A stretch of DNA of 63,102 bases, filler included, from Choristocarpus tenellus KU-1152 (Eukaryota > Protista > Phaeophyceae), in NCBI GenBank assembly GCA_964200185.2. It is 9 parts of 9 records of this genome, joined end to end, with 100 filler letters (N's around TTAATTAATTAA, not from the genome) between each part and the next. Parts side by side here need not be neighbours in the genome. Positions count along the whole stretch, not along the records: positions 49,610 to 55,283 come from CAXNAD020010055.1; positions 55,384 to 63,102 come from CAXNAD020005691.1; 7 more parts are not named here. One strand, written 5' to 3'. The position numbers were made by a program, and so were the translations under genes. Each line of letters begins with the position of its first letter. The stretch's first letter is position 1. This document shows positions 50,493 to 63,050 of the stretch, piece after piece. The notes beneath the pieces were generated by a model that made no database searches, was not told where the DNA came from, and was given only the letters and a program-made list of their open reading frames with translations.

Positions 50493-53400
50493 TAAAAAAT
50501 ATATATTATTATGGTAGGTTGTGGAAAACAGGGTTGTCTATTATCACAAATTAAATTCGTTTGCCATACACCGACATACCAATCGATATTCTTTTCTGAG
50601 AACTTGGGTTCAACTATGGAGAATCTTTGGAAGGATAGGGTTCCCTGACATCCTGTGACGTCTCTTCTTCACCGTGTTTTTCTAAGGCAGATGGTCCATC
50701 TCTAAGGGATTTCTTTTCTGAATCCCATCCGAACCATGATCGTCCTCACTTCCGCAGTCTTGTCCTCGTGTCCAACCTTAACCTCGTCCTCTTGGTTACG
50801 GTTCGTCATAGTCCGTCTGGTTCGTTTTGCTTGGTGGTTCTCTTCGCCACCCTTATCGGAGTGAAACATGCCGTCACAGAGTCACACGATTCACAACCGT
50901 AGTATTAAGTACTCCAAAATTTTATAGACATTCTGATGAGTGGAAACATTCATATAGTATATTTTATCTCATATGTCTTCCCTGATGACAATGTAAACCA
51001 ACGGGAGAGAACAAGAAGTTCGTGTGGCTCCGTATACTACTCATAAACAAACTACAGGTTCTCATACGTCCAATTCTTAACAGGTCATGTGGACATCACC
51101 TCATATGCAGTGTGTGATGATTTGTTTTCGACGTCCATTGGAAAGGGGGGATGAGGGCGAAGCTGGAGTTTCACGATCTACTCTTCTCTTCATCCACCTC
51201 TAGGAAAACCTCGAATTTTCTGACCCTGAAAAGTAGGTTGCGGTTCCTCGGTGTTCATAGCGATTTTGGTGCCTTCTGGGAGGGTGTCCACTTCATGCTT
51301 GCATCGTGACCTGGCCATATGCCCAGCCCCGAATACAACAATGGGTCGAAAAAGGAAAATGGTCTCCCCTGTCAGGTACAAGGTGCGTACTATATTATGC
51401 GTGAACCACATGATACGTTAAAGCAGCAACACATTACTTCCAACAACAACAACAGTTGGTATTCGAGAATGTATTTCACTCCCTACCCGCACAAAGTACC
51501 TCAACAACGTGAACTCCTCCTCCGTTCTTGGTAACCACTTATCAACTGGAGACGGAGATCGGAAAAAATCTCCCCTACTTACACATCATCGAATCAATGG
51601 ATCTACTCATGTATATCAGGTTGTGCTTCATCTGGATGGTTTGTTTATTTATAATCTAATAATGCAAACCAATCTGTACCCTCTTTTTATGACCCACAGA
51701 ACGCCAATTCATTCAAATAGGTTCCATCAGCAACACTGCTTCAACAACACACACACAAAGGACTGCTGCTATACCCAACCTGCCAATAATTCTTAAACGG
51801 TACAACATCATTGTTATTACCAGGTACCTGATCACATTTTTTTTAATCGCTATTTATTTCAACTTGCTTAAATCAAATATTCAACAGTGTATAACCTTTA
51901 ACTCCAATTGATCATTGGGCCTTCCCATCAAGGAGGGTATTATCAAGTACTTGGTGCCCCTGTGACTATCTTCTGGTACATGTGCTTACAGCACTCTCTT
52001 TGGAGGGATGCCTTCACGATTGTTATGTATACAATGTTCGTCTCCTTTTATAGCCGGTAACATCTCCTAAGGGAGCGCTACTAATTGCTAACTGTGGGTT
52101 CAGGCATGGAAAACAGGGTGTTAGGAAAAAATTTAATACGACCAAAAAAATATTTCGAACGGCCCTAAATCGACCTTGCTCTGACACCGGATGACTTACT
52201 TCAACGCGCAATTCCCACGACATGGTACCATTCATCATTTACTACTACTACCATCTCTAGCACTACTGTGTACTCACTATCTATGAACGCTATGAGCAGC
52301 ATTCACCCATATTTACAATAAAGAATTCCATTCAAGAAGGCCTTCCAATACACTACAACAGTAAATAATTATAGTAGTGAACCAAAGCAAACGTTTTTTT
52401 TGTGTCATTTGGCATTGTAAGCATGTTTTTTAATCTTTTGCGATTCACTCTTATTTCTATGGATGGGGTACAAACATTGAGTTGAGAGCCTTGATTTTTC
52501 TGTTCTTTTAATATTTTTTACACGGAATTCAGAAAATTCCCCACACGCATTTGTACAAAAAGTAGAATTTTACACAAATTTGTCAGCATCCTTAGAATCT
52601 AACTCTGGGGGTATCTCTCTTACTTCGACTTGGAATGTATATATTTATTAAAATTGAATATTATTATTGTTCGAAAACGCCAGACCTACCCTCTATATGA
52701 TATATTTTCCCCTGAGACGTAAGCAAAATGTGACAAAGCTTTACTTACATATATTATTAGGTTGTATTCCTTGCAAAAAAAAATCTACCTCACGTATATA
52801 TCACATACTGTATACACAACTAAAACAAATACAGAACAAAAAGGGCAATAGTTGCATTAAGAAATACTATAGTGGTAGTAGGTGAATAATACGTATGTAC
52901 GTGCACATATTTGAAAACAAGAGGCCGAGGGGTTTCAAATATATAACAGTTTTTATATTACACAGTAATAGTAGTAGTACTAGTAGTAGTGGTAATACAT
53001 CTATTACGTTGGTACAAATTTGAGCGAGATCTCGTCAACCTTCTTCGTTGCACATACATAACCACCATAGAACAACAAAAAAATTATAAAAATGATATAA
53101 ATGTGGACACGGTTACCAGATGTCAATCTTTTGAAAATTTGTAAAGATCATTGAACAAGGAACGAACCGTTTATCTTCTGCAATCACCATTCTCCATTCT
53201 CCATTCTCCATTCAATCAGATGTGTGATGCTGAATTACGAATCTTCAACCCCTATACTTATTTGTAAGAATTACTATTACCACCAATAATGGCGTTTAGT
53301 AATGGACGTGGAGACAATTTGGTTTCATTTAACGATGTGGCAAGTGCATTGGGAAGGTATAGCTATACCTTACCGTGTCGCACTATGGCACCAAAGGAAC

Positions 53401-53698
53401 GCACAGAAAAATCTGGATGGAGATGGTGAAGATTCGTCACAGGCAGAAGGAGTATCAAGAGAGGATGATTGGTGGGAAGGCTGAACCCAGTCAGGAAAAT
53501 GCAAACGATTTCATTTATCCGTGACGTGCCGATGTCAATGACGAATACGATATTTCCACCACCTTTCGAACTAATCTGTATAGCTGAAGATGTTCTCTTT
53601 CCCACCACTCTCAGGGAAATATCCGAGTTCGAAACCCGGTTCAAGCGGTCAGATCTTCACAGGAATTTGCCTTCGATGGACCACGTAGCAAGTGCATT

Positions 53699-53950
53699 GG
53701 AGCAAACCAATTGACAGGCAGGTTTGGTCCTATTTGCCTTCTAAGTCATATTTCATACCCTGTCCAATACATCCTATTTCATTGCTTTATGTGCATAACA
53801 GTGTATACAAAGTTGATATTCCCCCTTTTTTCCACATACTACCAAGAGACAGCCAAAGACTCTTTCTGCAATTGCACGAAAAAGGCGCATTTTTTCTCTT
53901 TCTTGGGACCCTTAAAATACAACCCTAACCCTACAACTCGGTTTGGTTCA
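53699..53950 (+). mobile_element. MITE family E
   Basis: Similar to the reverse complement of 23465-23727. Confidence 0.75.
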
Positions 53951-54766
53951 TTGGGATTTCACACTTGCATCGTAATATCTTGCGCTAAACCACAGAGATG
54001 GGAGCATGGAAAGACCTGGATTGTGGTGGTGAAGGATCATTGTGGACGGTGATAGTATGCACCAGATTCGAGGGAGGAGGTGGAGCGATGACCTGGGACG
54101 GAAAGAGGAGAGGAAGCGTCGCCAGCTTGTAGCTAGAGTGTTTCCGCATCCCCAGGAGCTAATAGATGGTGTGTGTGTGCGAAACTCATGGGGCTATGCT
54201 TGGAGAAAACAGGGGAAGGAGAACAGCTGCAACCAAGGAGTCAGAGTGCTTGAGCAACACCAGGAGGAAATGCACATGGGGGGTTATATTTTCGTTGCGA
54301 TGTATGTATGTATGCTGTGCTGGGGGGAAAAGAGAAGGAGAATATTCTCCAACAAGCAGTCATAGTGCTCGAGCTTCACCGCGAGGACAATTACAGAGGG
54401 GAGTCATCCCTGGGCAGAAGGGATGAGTTGTATTTGTTTAGAAAGGGTGGGTTGTGTGAGGGAGAGTCTGTACCTGCCTGTACAAAATTTGAGGATTGAG
54501 TTAAACATGTATGTGTGACTGTGTGGGGTCTACGTGTAACTTTGACCTTCAAAATGGCCGACAGTCGATAATCAAGGCATCGCAGGGTCATTATCATTCC
54601 AAATACCCACCGTTTCGTATCTACCGATAACTATACGTATGGTTTCTTTTTTGTAACAGAAACAATAAAAGCAATAGTTATATTAAAATAGTTATTTCTA
54701 ATATCTTCACTTTAGTTTGGGAACTGTCCCGTCCCTTGGTCAGAGAGAGGCATTACACACTAGGAT

Positions 54767-55026
54767 GAGAACCAAACCAATTTACAGGGACGCAGGTTTG
54801 AACCTATTGCATTCTAAGCCATATTCCCTACCCTACGCAATACACTCAACTTCATTGCTCTATGTCCACAATACTGTACGCAAAATCGATAATCCACTTC
54901 TACACACACACACAAAGTGCCGTCACAATCAAAGACTCTTTTTACAATTGTAGAAAATGATGTCTTTATATCCTTTCTAAAGATCCTTGAAATACAACCC
55001 TCCTTACTTCTCAATTGGGTTGAGTC
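54767..55026 (+). mobile_element. MITE family E
   Basis: gagaaccaaaccaatt...aattgggttgagtc; flanks ggat/tgat. Confidence 0.75.
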
Positions 55027-55108
55027 TGATTAGTATACAGATTCTTCGTGATTCACTTTATGATATGTCCGGAGAAATCGGAGGGATAATGTTTCAACTT
55101 GTTTCTGT

Positions 55109-55283
55109 GACAGTCAATGTAAACGAGAGGTACCCAGAGTTGCATTTTAAAGATGGCGATAAATATGAGAAAAAAATCTTTTATTTTTACAAATGCATAT
55201 AGGATATTTTCTGAACTCTTGTCGAAATTATCTGGGGGGGGGGGGGGGGGCGGCAGTCCATTTTCTTGGGGTTAATTTTTTCT
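55109..55283 (+). mobile_element. MITE family C 5' part running into a family B-like poly-G terminus, then a gap
   Basis: agtcaatgtaaacgagaggtacccagag... followed by tatctggggggggg..gtccattt. Confidence 0.7.
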
Positions 55284-56671
55284 NNNNNNNNNNNNNNNNN
55301 NNNNNNNNNNNNNNNNNNNNNNNNNNNTTAATTAATTAANNNNNNNNNNNNNNNNNNNNNNNNNNNNNNNNNNNNNNNNNNNNCCCGGTGATTCTCTTCG
55401 CCACCCTTGCCTGAGTGAACCACGCCGCCACAGAATCACACGATTCACAAAATGTGGAAATATAAGAAAAAAAAGATGCAAACTCAAAGTTTTGACCCTG
55501 TCGCACTAATGAAGTAATAGAAGATGGAGAGTTGTAAATATATATGAATACATTTGGAAGTCTCCAATTGCTCTAGTTCAACAACGCCATCGCATACATA
55601 CATAGAAATTTCAATACATATGTGAAGAGAGCAAAATTCCCCCTTTTAAGTCTCCTATTTGATTCCCGAGGAAAAGGAACACTCGAACTAGCCTGTTTAG
55701 AACCCCAATATTTATACTACTATCTTGTAGGGGTACAACATTCAGTAAAGGCGACTGTTCTTTTGTCGATTAGGGTTAGGTTGTCATACAACCAACAAGA
55801 AAAAAGAGGTCGAAAATACCATAATTCCTTGATCAAGGGAGACTAGGTGCGTATTCCTTCCACAAGGATCGGACTCGTCTGTCGCTATCCCTGTGTGCTG
55901 TACGTAACGCCAAAGGCTTGGCATGTCGGAAGGGAAAAAACGACAGGAATTCCTCTTCGTGGAAGGTGATCAGGTGCATACGGCTCGAGGAGGATGTAAC
56001 CCCACCGCGAAATGCCATCCTATCTGGACCTGACTCGATGCGGAAAACGTTCCCTCTCTCCTTTTGTTGGTTTCCCCTGTCCCATTTGCAACGTGCCCAC
56101 CCGATGCAGACATCACGCGATCAAAGGGGAGGCTTAGTCCAACCACTGAACGCCGCCATGCCTCCGAAGGGAACAACCAGGTGAGTACCCCTACCAGAAA
56201 TGTGCACCCTTTGTGCAGCTCCCTCCCGCACTATACCGTGCAAAGTGGTAGCGATTGAGACCCCATCGTGTAATGTAGAAAGGTTTTCAGGTCTACGACC
56301 ATACCAATTTCGACCACCACTGCTGTGTTACCACCTGTGTAAATAACATTCGGAAACTCCAGATACAATTCGGAGTGAGAGCAATCTCGCGTCAAAATTA
56401 AAAGTAAACCCTATGCACGCCGGTCTGTCTATCCCGCCGTATATAGCACGGATCTGTTGACACTGGAGACAATTTGCTTAGTGTACACTAAGAGGCCTCC
56501 ATGTCATGGCGGTTTGAAATCCAGGGAGCAAATGCTCACGTTAGCCCGAGATTGGCGACAAGTGCGGTGTTGAAGAGTTTCCAACGTATCTACCCCTCAT
56601 TGTGATTTTCTCTGTTATGAACACAACCACACGTCTCTACACATGTTCATGAGCTCATTTGTATTCGGAGC

Positions 56672-57260
56672 TTGTACCAAGCAGCTGTCTCTAGTGGTAT
56701 CACCACCATTGTTAAATGAGATGCCCCTGTATTTCTTACCATTAGTAGAACTGTGCACACACGAGCTGTCAATAGCGGTGTCACCAACATTTTCAAAGGA
56801 AATTCCCCCATATTTCTTACCATTAGAGCCGTGAACACACCAGCTGTCAGCCGTGGTATCACCAACATTTTCACATGAAATGCCCCCGTATTTCTTACCA
56901 TTCGAACCGTGTATACACCAGCTGTCAGTCGTGGTATCACCAACATTTTGAAATTCGATCCCCCTGTATTTCTTACCATTCGACCAGTATACACACAAGC
57001 TGTAAATAGTGGTATCACCAACATTTCCAAAGGAGATGCCCCCGTATTTCTTACCATTAGAACCGTGAACACACCAGCTGTCAGCCGTGGTATCACCAAC
57101 AAATTGAAGTTGTATGCCCCTGTTCTTATCACCATTCGAACCGTGTACACACCAGCTGTCAGCCGTGGTATCACCAACATTTTCAAAGGAGATGCCCTGT
57201 ATTTCTCACCATTAGAACCCTGTACACACCAGCTGTCACTAGTGGTATCACCAACATCAC
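56672..57260 (-). repeat. 78-bp tandem array (about 7.5 units) encoding a 26-aa parallel beta-helix-like repeat
   Basis: Unit NVGDTTADSWCVHGSNGKKYGGISFE; stop-free; one 1-bp deletion near 57196 and one in-frame 3-bp insertion. Confidence 0.85.
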
Positions 57261-57900
57261 TAGTCAGGCAGCTGCAATTTGTCTGATTGAAACCGTTCAT
57301 AAACCGTCTTATGCCAACCCAGTCGCTGACAATGTAAGCCCTGAAGGCAACACCCATGATCCTAACCCAAACCCTAACCAAAATTAATTTCCTACATCTC
57401 GAAAAGTTAACCCAATCTGCGAAGAGACAGATTTTACTTAAATATAACATATCAACGTAGTTGCAATACAGCGGCTATCGTCAGAATTAATTCCAGTGAA
57501 TTCAACTGAACCTTTTTCCAAAATTGGAACATGGGTTGCAGTGACAAAGGTTGAGAGTAATCAGACAACTGATCCGAAATAGAACAAAGATTCCACGATC
57601 GAATTCCACGCACCACAACATCCGTCTGTCGAATGTACGTGGTGACACCATCGGTACGCACGTGTTAGGGCTCCGATACGATTGGAACTTTTTTTCCGAT
57701 AAGGTTAATATCGCGTGGCAACGCAATCACGATTTAACTCGCGCGGTAGTATCAATACGCGCGCTTAGCTTAGTCCAAAAAACCGTGGTAACCTCACTTT
57801 AGAATTTGATGGCTTCTACCAACCGACAGAACATATTAAATTTCTATTTCAAAGTACGTTCCAAAATGGCCATATTCGTTTCAAACTAGTGCATTCATGC

Positions 57901-58532
57901 GTTCACTTTCACGGTTCCACATTATGTTTTCCTGCTTAGGTTCTTGTTCCAAATCGGTACACACCACCCCGAACCGTCTTGCCGTGCTTTGGAAATTGAT
58001 CACCTTTACCGTCTGACACAGCACATCAAATTTCTTCATTACTGTCTGCCCTATGTCAAACACAAACCTGTGCATGGTTGCCCTCCCAACATCTAAACTG
58101 GGGCAGGGCGTAAATCCTTTTGATCTTCATCTTTGACTCAAAGTATCTGAGAGGGGGTGGCAGCTGTCCATTTGGGGGCAAGTTTTTCATCTTGCGTTTT
58201 TTTGGTTATTTGATTGCATATGTCGGATGAATAATGTAAGTGCACCTTTCCTGGTTATGACCCAAATGGACTCCCCGGTGCAGACCCCCTACCCCCCCCA
58301 GATACTTTGGGTCTTTCACTTTCGCGGTTCCACAGTATTTTTTCCTGCTTAAGGGTTCTTGTTCCAAATCGGTACACATCACCCCCAACCGTCTTGCCGT
58401 GCTTTGGAAATTGATCGCCTTTACCATCCGACATGACACATCAAATTTATTCATTACTCTCTGCCCTATGTCAAACACAAACCTGTGCATGGTTGCCCTC
58501 CCAACATCTAACCTGGGTCGGCGCGTAAATCT
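57901..58532. repeat. ~220-bp direct duplication (57901-58120 and 58314-58532) separated by a MITE
   Basis: Collinear sequence; both copies translate MHRFVFDIGQ..NFQSTARR on the minus strand. Confidence 0.9.
58135..58313 (+). mobile_element. MITE family B, complete, 3-bp TSD TTT
   Basis: gactcaaagtatctgagaggggg...cccccagatactttgggtc. Confidence 0.88.
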
Positions 58533-58568
58533 TTTTCCTCTGCGTGCGGTATTGGTGCGTTGTCATAT

Positions 58569-58794
58569 GAGTGAACCGTATCTTGGAGGGTACAAGTTTT
58601 TCCCTGTTTGTTTTTGACATATTTCTTCTCCAAAATATCTCGGAGTAGGTAAAATGTATACGTTATGAAAAGGTGTCTTCAGAACAAGGATATTGAAACT
58701 TCCTAAACACAATAGCCAAATTTACATCCAAATCGCAACATTGGATTTTGGTCCCCAAATGGACGCGGCTCTACCCTCTAAGATACTTTGACTA
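58569..58794 (+). mobile_element. MITE family A, internally deleted
   Basis: Both TIRs present; about 30-bp internal deletion. Confidence 0.9.
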
Positions 58795-58829
58795 TACAAT
58801 ATTCCTTCCATATTGGCGGGGTTTACCGT

Positions 58830-61698
58830 TCGCTAAATGTTCGCAAATAGCAGTCTCCACGGAAAGCACTACGCCATCCATTACCATTCCACTATCCATG
58901 CGCTCCTCCATGACAGTTCTCGACCACTCTAAGGGGCGTCCGAAAGAAACGACCCCCAGCCAGCCCCGACCAAGGAAAGAAGAAGAAGACGTGAGGGAAG
59001 GGGAAGAAGAACAGACCAGTTGGAACGGCGATCCAGACCCTGCGTCTGCTGCCCAGGCCGAGGAAGAATTGGCATCGCAACCATGGAAAATCAAAAGAGT
59101 ATTCTTGCGGAGGATGCACACCAAGGATGTCCTCATCAAAAAGGCTGTCCTGGAGGTCGCCGTGCAGGTCATGAGCGACCTCAAGAGGAGAGACGAGCTC
59201 CCGATCGACCCCAACGCCAATGGGTCCTCAGCCGTGTCTTCAGAAGAGCCTGCTCGAAAGAAACAATACATCCTGAGCGAATAAGTACTCAAGGGAGTGT
59301 CAGGTTCATCCACTCATCTGTCCACCGTATTTGAGTTCGTAACAAGTCACCTCACAAAAAACAGGAGAAAAGGGACCTCGTGTTGCAGGAGGTTGTGGAG
59401 GAGGGTGCAGTCTACCTGGACATCGTCAAATACTCAGAGGGCGTTACCTTGAACACCAGTGGCGAACACGCAGGCAAGCAGTTACATCATTATACAACAC
59501 CACCATATTTGAACACCAAACAACGTTCCCTACACCAAACACAACGCCTTGACTCTCAGAGATCTTACGGATGTTAGATAGTTTCACAATGTACACTGAC
59601 GCAGGGTTCTCGAGTTTTATATATTGCGGAGATGCTCGTCAAACAGGTTTATTCATACTTTCGCTGTGCTCTGTCGATCGGTACAACCCAGCACAGTGTG
59701 GGAAATTATGATGCAGCTCATGTCCTATAGTCCTGTACGCACCTTCTTAACCCAATGTTACAAGCCCTACTTGTCTTCCTGATCTATGGACTAAAATAAT
59801 CCACCCAAATACGACTAACCGCACGTACTCCTTTCCTTCCATCTTTTCCTTAGCCTTTGCCTCCTCCTCTATATCCTTCTTCGCTTACTCCTTTTCACCA
59901 ACCTCTGCCTCATCCTTTGCCTCCTAACCCTAACCCCTCTTCCCATTGTTTTGCCTCCTACTTCGCCTCTTCCTTTGCCTCGTCCTTTGCTTACTCCTCC
60001 ACCATTACAGAGATAACACGAGTCACAAACATTGTGATCACGCCAGAGAAAACGCCACATCCAAGCACGACCTTGGCAAGTTCAAGTCCTAAACCAGCGC
60101 CGCTGACGAGAGAGCAGTTGCCCTTTTCCAGACCCGACCAGGAGGCATCGTAATCACATGTACCACCCTCGGGGATAACCACGATCCAGATCGTATCCAA
60201 CTCCTCATCGACGAACTCTCCACCTTCTGCAATTTTGCACTGGCCAAGACACCGGTAGCTGGTGGCGTATCTACGCCTATACCTTGTGGAGGACCTGATC
60301 CACTGGGTGATAAAGAGGAGCAGGAGACGCCATTGCCTAACCCTACCGTAGGTGAAGGAAGCGGTTCACTACATGAGGGAAGATATACAAACACAACCTC
60401 AGAGGACGACCCTGAAGGCGATGGGGACTGACCCGATTGTTACGCCTTGACATGTCCAGAGGAAGATGTCCAGGAGGACGTGGGGGGGCGCCTAGGCGCG
60501 GACTCAGAGTCCATGCCTGTCAGGAGTGACCCTGGAATGTCCCCAAACGTCCATGCAGTGGGCAGCAGCGTCGATGAGTCTGTCGATCACTACCCAATGG
60601 TTAGAGGGAAAAGGAAGGACGACACTGTGGGGCGAATTGCAAACTACACTAATGCCGAGTCAACAACACCAAGGGTTGATTTGATACCATCAGGTTCCTC
60701 ACATAGGGACAAGCCTTCGGCAAAGGGTAAAGGGAAGGCCAAAACGACGGTCATTACGAAGTAGAGGTTGGGAGAAGGTGCTGGACGGATGAGACCCTTT
60801 AAACAATCCTCGTGGAAATGACGGTAGAGATTTAGAACTTAGCTTTTTTGCGGATGTCTTCGCTTCTACCAGAAAGGGCGGAGCCACGGAAAATGCAGCG
60901 CCATCTACTACGGGGCATGAGGATGACGACGAGACGTACGCACATGGTGATGACAACTGCGTGACAGAGGACGCGGTTGAATCCGGCGATGCATCCGTCG
61001 TGGGGATCACCGAAGCCTTCATGGGGGCATGAGTTACCAAGCTCTTACGAGCAACAAAACCCGCTTCGTCGGAGTCAAAGTATCTTAGAGGGTAGAGCCG
61101 CATCCATTTAGGGATTAAAATCCAAAGATGCGATTTTGATTTAATTTTGGCTATAGCGTTTGTTAAGAAGTGTCAAGATCTATGTTTCGGACACACCTTT
61201 TCATAACGTATACATTATACCTACTCCTAAACACTTTGGAATAGGAAAATGTCATAAAAAAAAACATGGGAAGTCAAGCCCCAAACGAACAAACAGGAAA
61301 AACTCGTATCCTCTAAGATAATTTCACTCTTGCAGTACTGGGTACAAACCCAAATCCTTACCCAGGTCATATACAACCATGGGTTCAGGCTCCTAAAGGC
61401 CAGCAAAGCGGCCAAAAATCTTGTATTCAGGGATGACTACTACATCCATGAGCCCACACAGGTAAAACTCCACGGTCGTGGAGGGAAGCCCGGCAGCACG
61501 TTGCGTCCGAAGCATGTGGGAACACTCCATGAAAGGAAGGCCATCTTCATGAGCCTCGTGAAGCCCGAACCGTGGAACGACAGGTACTCCACGCGCCTAA
61601 ATCTCTGGCACCTTCTAAACAAGACATACCCGAAGCTTATAGAGTGGTGGGAGAAGGGCGAGGAACGTCATTTCGAATCCGCTCACCAATTGAAATAG
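58830..61698 (+). pseudogene. Decayed large ORF with P/S/T-rich and acidic segments and a globular-looking C-terminus; unknown, probably transposon-borne
   Basis: Chain of same-strand ORFs broken by single stops and frameshifts; frame continues across the MITE at 61072-61329. Confidence 0.45.
61072..61329 (-). mobile_element. MITE family A, complete, 3-bp TSD TCG/TTG
   Basis: Both TIRs present; flanks differ by a CpG transition. Confidence 0.93.
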
Positions 61699-62381
61699 GG
61701 CTTCAGTCGTTTCAATTTTTTTTGTTGAAGTACGGGTCGAGCTACTTGTGTCTGATTGGTGCATCAGTGTACCTTGCCTTGGTGTCCGACTACCATATTC
61801 ATGCAGTTTCCGTTCGATGGGTTATGCATTTACACAGTGGTATCGGATACATTGCTACCAGTCAGAGGTGTCAAGTGTATCATACATGATACTTGTGTTG
61901 AGGATTAGACCTGTGTTCTTATTTGTTTAAAAGAGAGTGTCCAATACAAGGTTCAGACTACTAAAATATAAAACATTTAAAAACAAGTCTTCTCTTTTCC
62001 ACTAAGCTTCCTATCAATTCGCCAAGGCCTACGATGGATACGTTGTCTTCTTACCAGCCGCTAATTGTTCCGTGAACCCTACTACCTAGCTCCCCCCTGA
62101 CTCTCAATACTGTATGCACCATTTCATGCCTTGTCCAAGTGTCGACAAACGAGGGCCGATCTTGTCCTCCTTCAAATCTTGGATGATCAAATACCGAAGT
62201 CCATGCCTGATGCTCCTAACCACAACAACAACCCTGATCCTACCCCAAACACGTGCCATGAACTCGACGAATGTCCTGGATCGCCACCCTCGCACACCGA
62301 CAATAACCATATCCTTACCCTAACACTTACATTGAGCCCGTCTGCATCCCGTGCCAACGTAATATAGACAAGAGTCTGAGT

Positions 62382-62636
62382 GAGTCAAAGTATCTTTGAG
62401 GGTAGAGCCGCGTCCATTTGGGGGCCAAAATCAAATGTTGATATTTTGATGTAATTTTGGCTGCCGTGTTTGTTAGGAGGTGTCAATATCCTTGTCTCGG
62501 ACACACGTTTTCATAATGTATACATATTACCTACTCCAAACCATATCGGATTAGGTAAAATGTAATTAAAAACCCGTGGGAAGTCAAGACCCAAATGGAC
62601 AAACAGGGAAAAACTCGTACCCTCTAAGATACTTCC
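62382..62636 (-). mobile_element. MITE family A
   Basis: Left TIR intact; right terminus eroded. Confidence 0.92.
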
Positions 62637-62829
62637 TGTCTTACCTGAATTACGTACCAGTGCCGTCATCGACCCCACTTACACCAAACCAACCCTACCT
62701 CATCAGGATTTATTCAACCCCCTAACCCTAACCCAGAATCAAGGGTTGTATGTCTTGAGATACTTCCAGCGAAACGTACGACAATAGACGTTGATCAGTA
62801 AGCCTTTGTGAACACATCCAGAATCCGTC

Positions 62830-63050
62830 GAGTAAAAGTATCTTAGAGGGTATGGGTTTTACCCTGTTTGTCCGTTTGGGGCTTGGTTTCCCACCAGTTT
62901 TTTAAGTCATTTTCCTACTCCGAAATGTTTCGGAATTGGTAAAATGTATAGGTTTTGGAGTAGGTTTAATGTTTAACACTATGGAAAGGTGTGTCCAGAA
63001 CAAGGGTATTGACACTTGACCCAAAGTATCTGTGGGGGGGGGGGGGGGGG
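62830..63050 (+). mobile_element. MITE family A partial copy interrupted at 63018 by a family B terminus
   Basis: gagtaaaagtatcttagagggta... followed by gacccaaagtatctgtgggggggg. Confidence 0.85.

Noticed and set aside
50930-50990. CTGATGA hammerhead-core matches (also 11529 and 21942)
   Set aside because: No stem II followed by GAAA and no closing stems
56470-56530. tRNA/SINE-like B-box (ggtttgaaatcc)
   Set aside because: No A-box or cloverleaf
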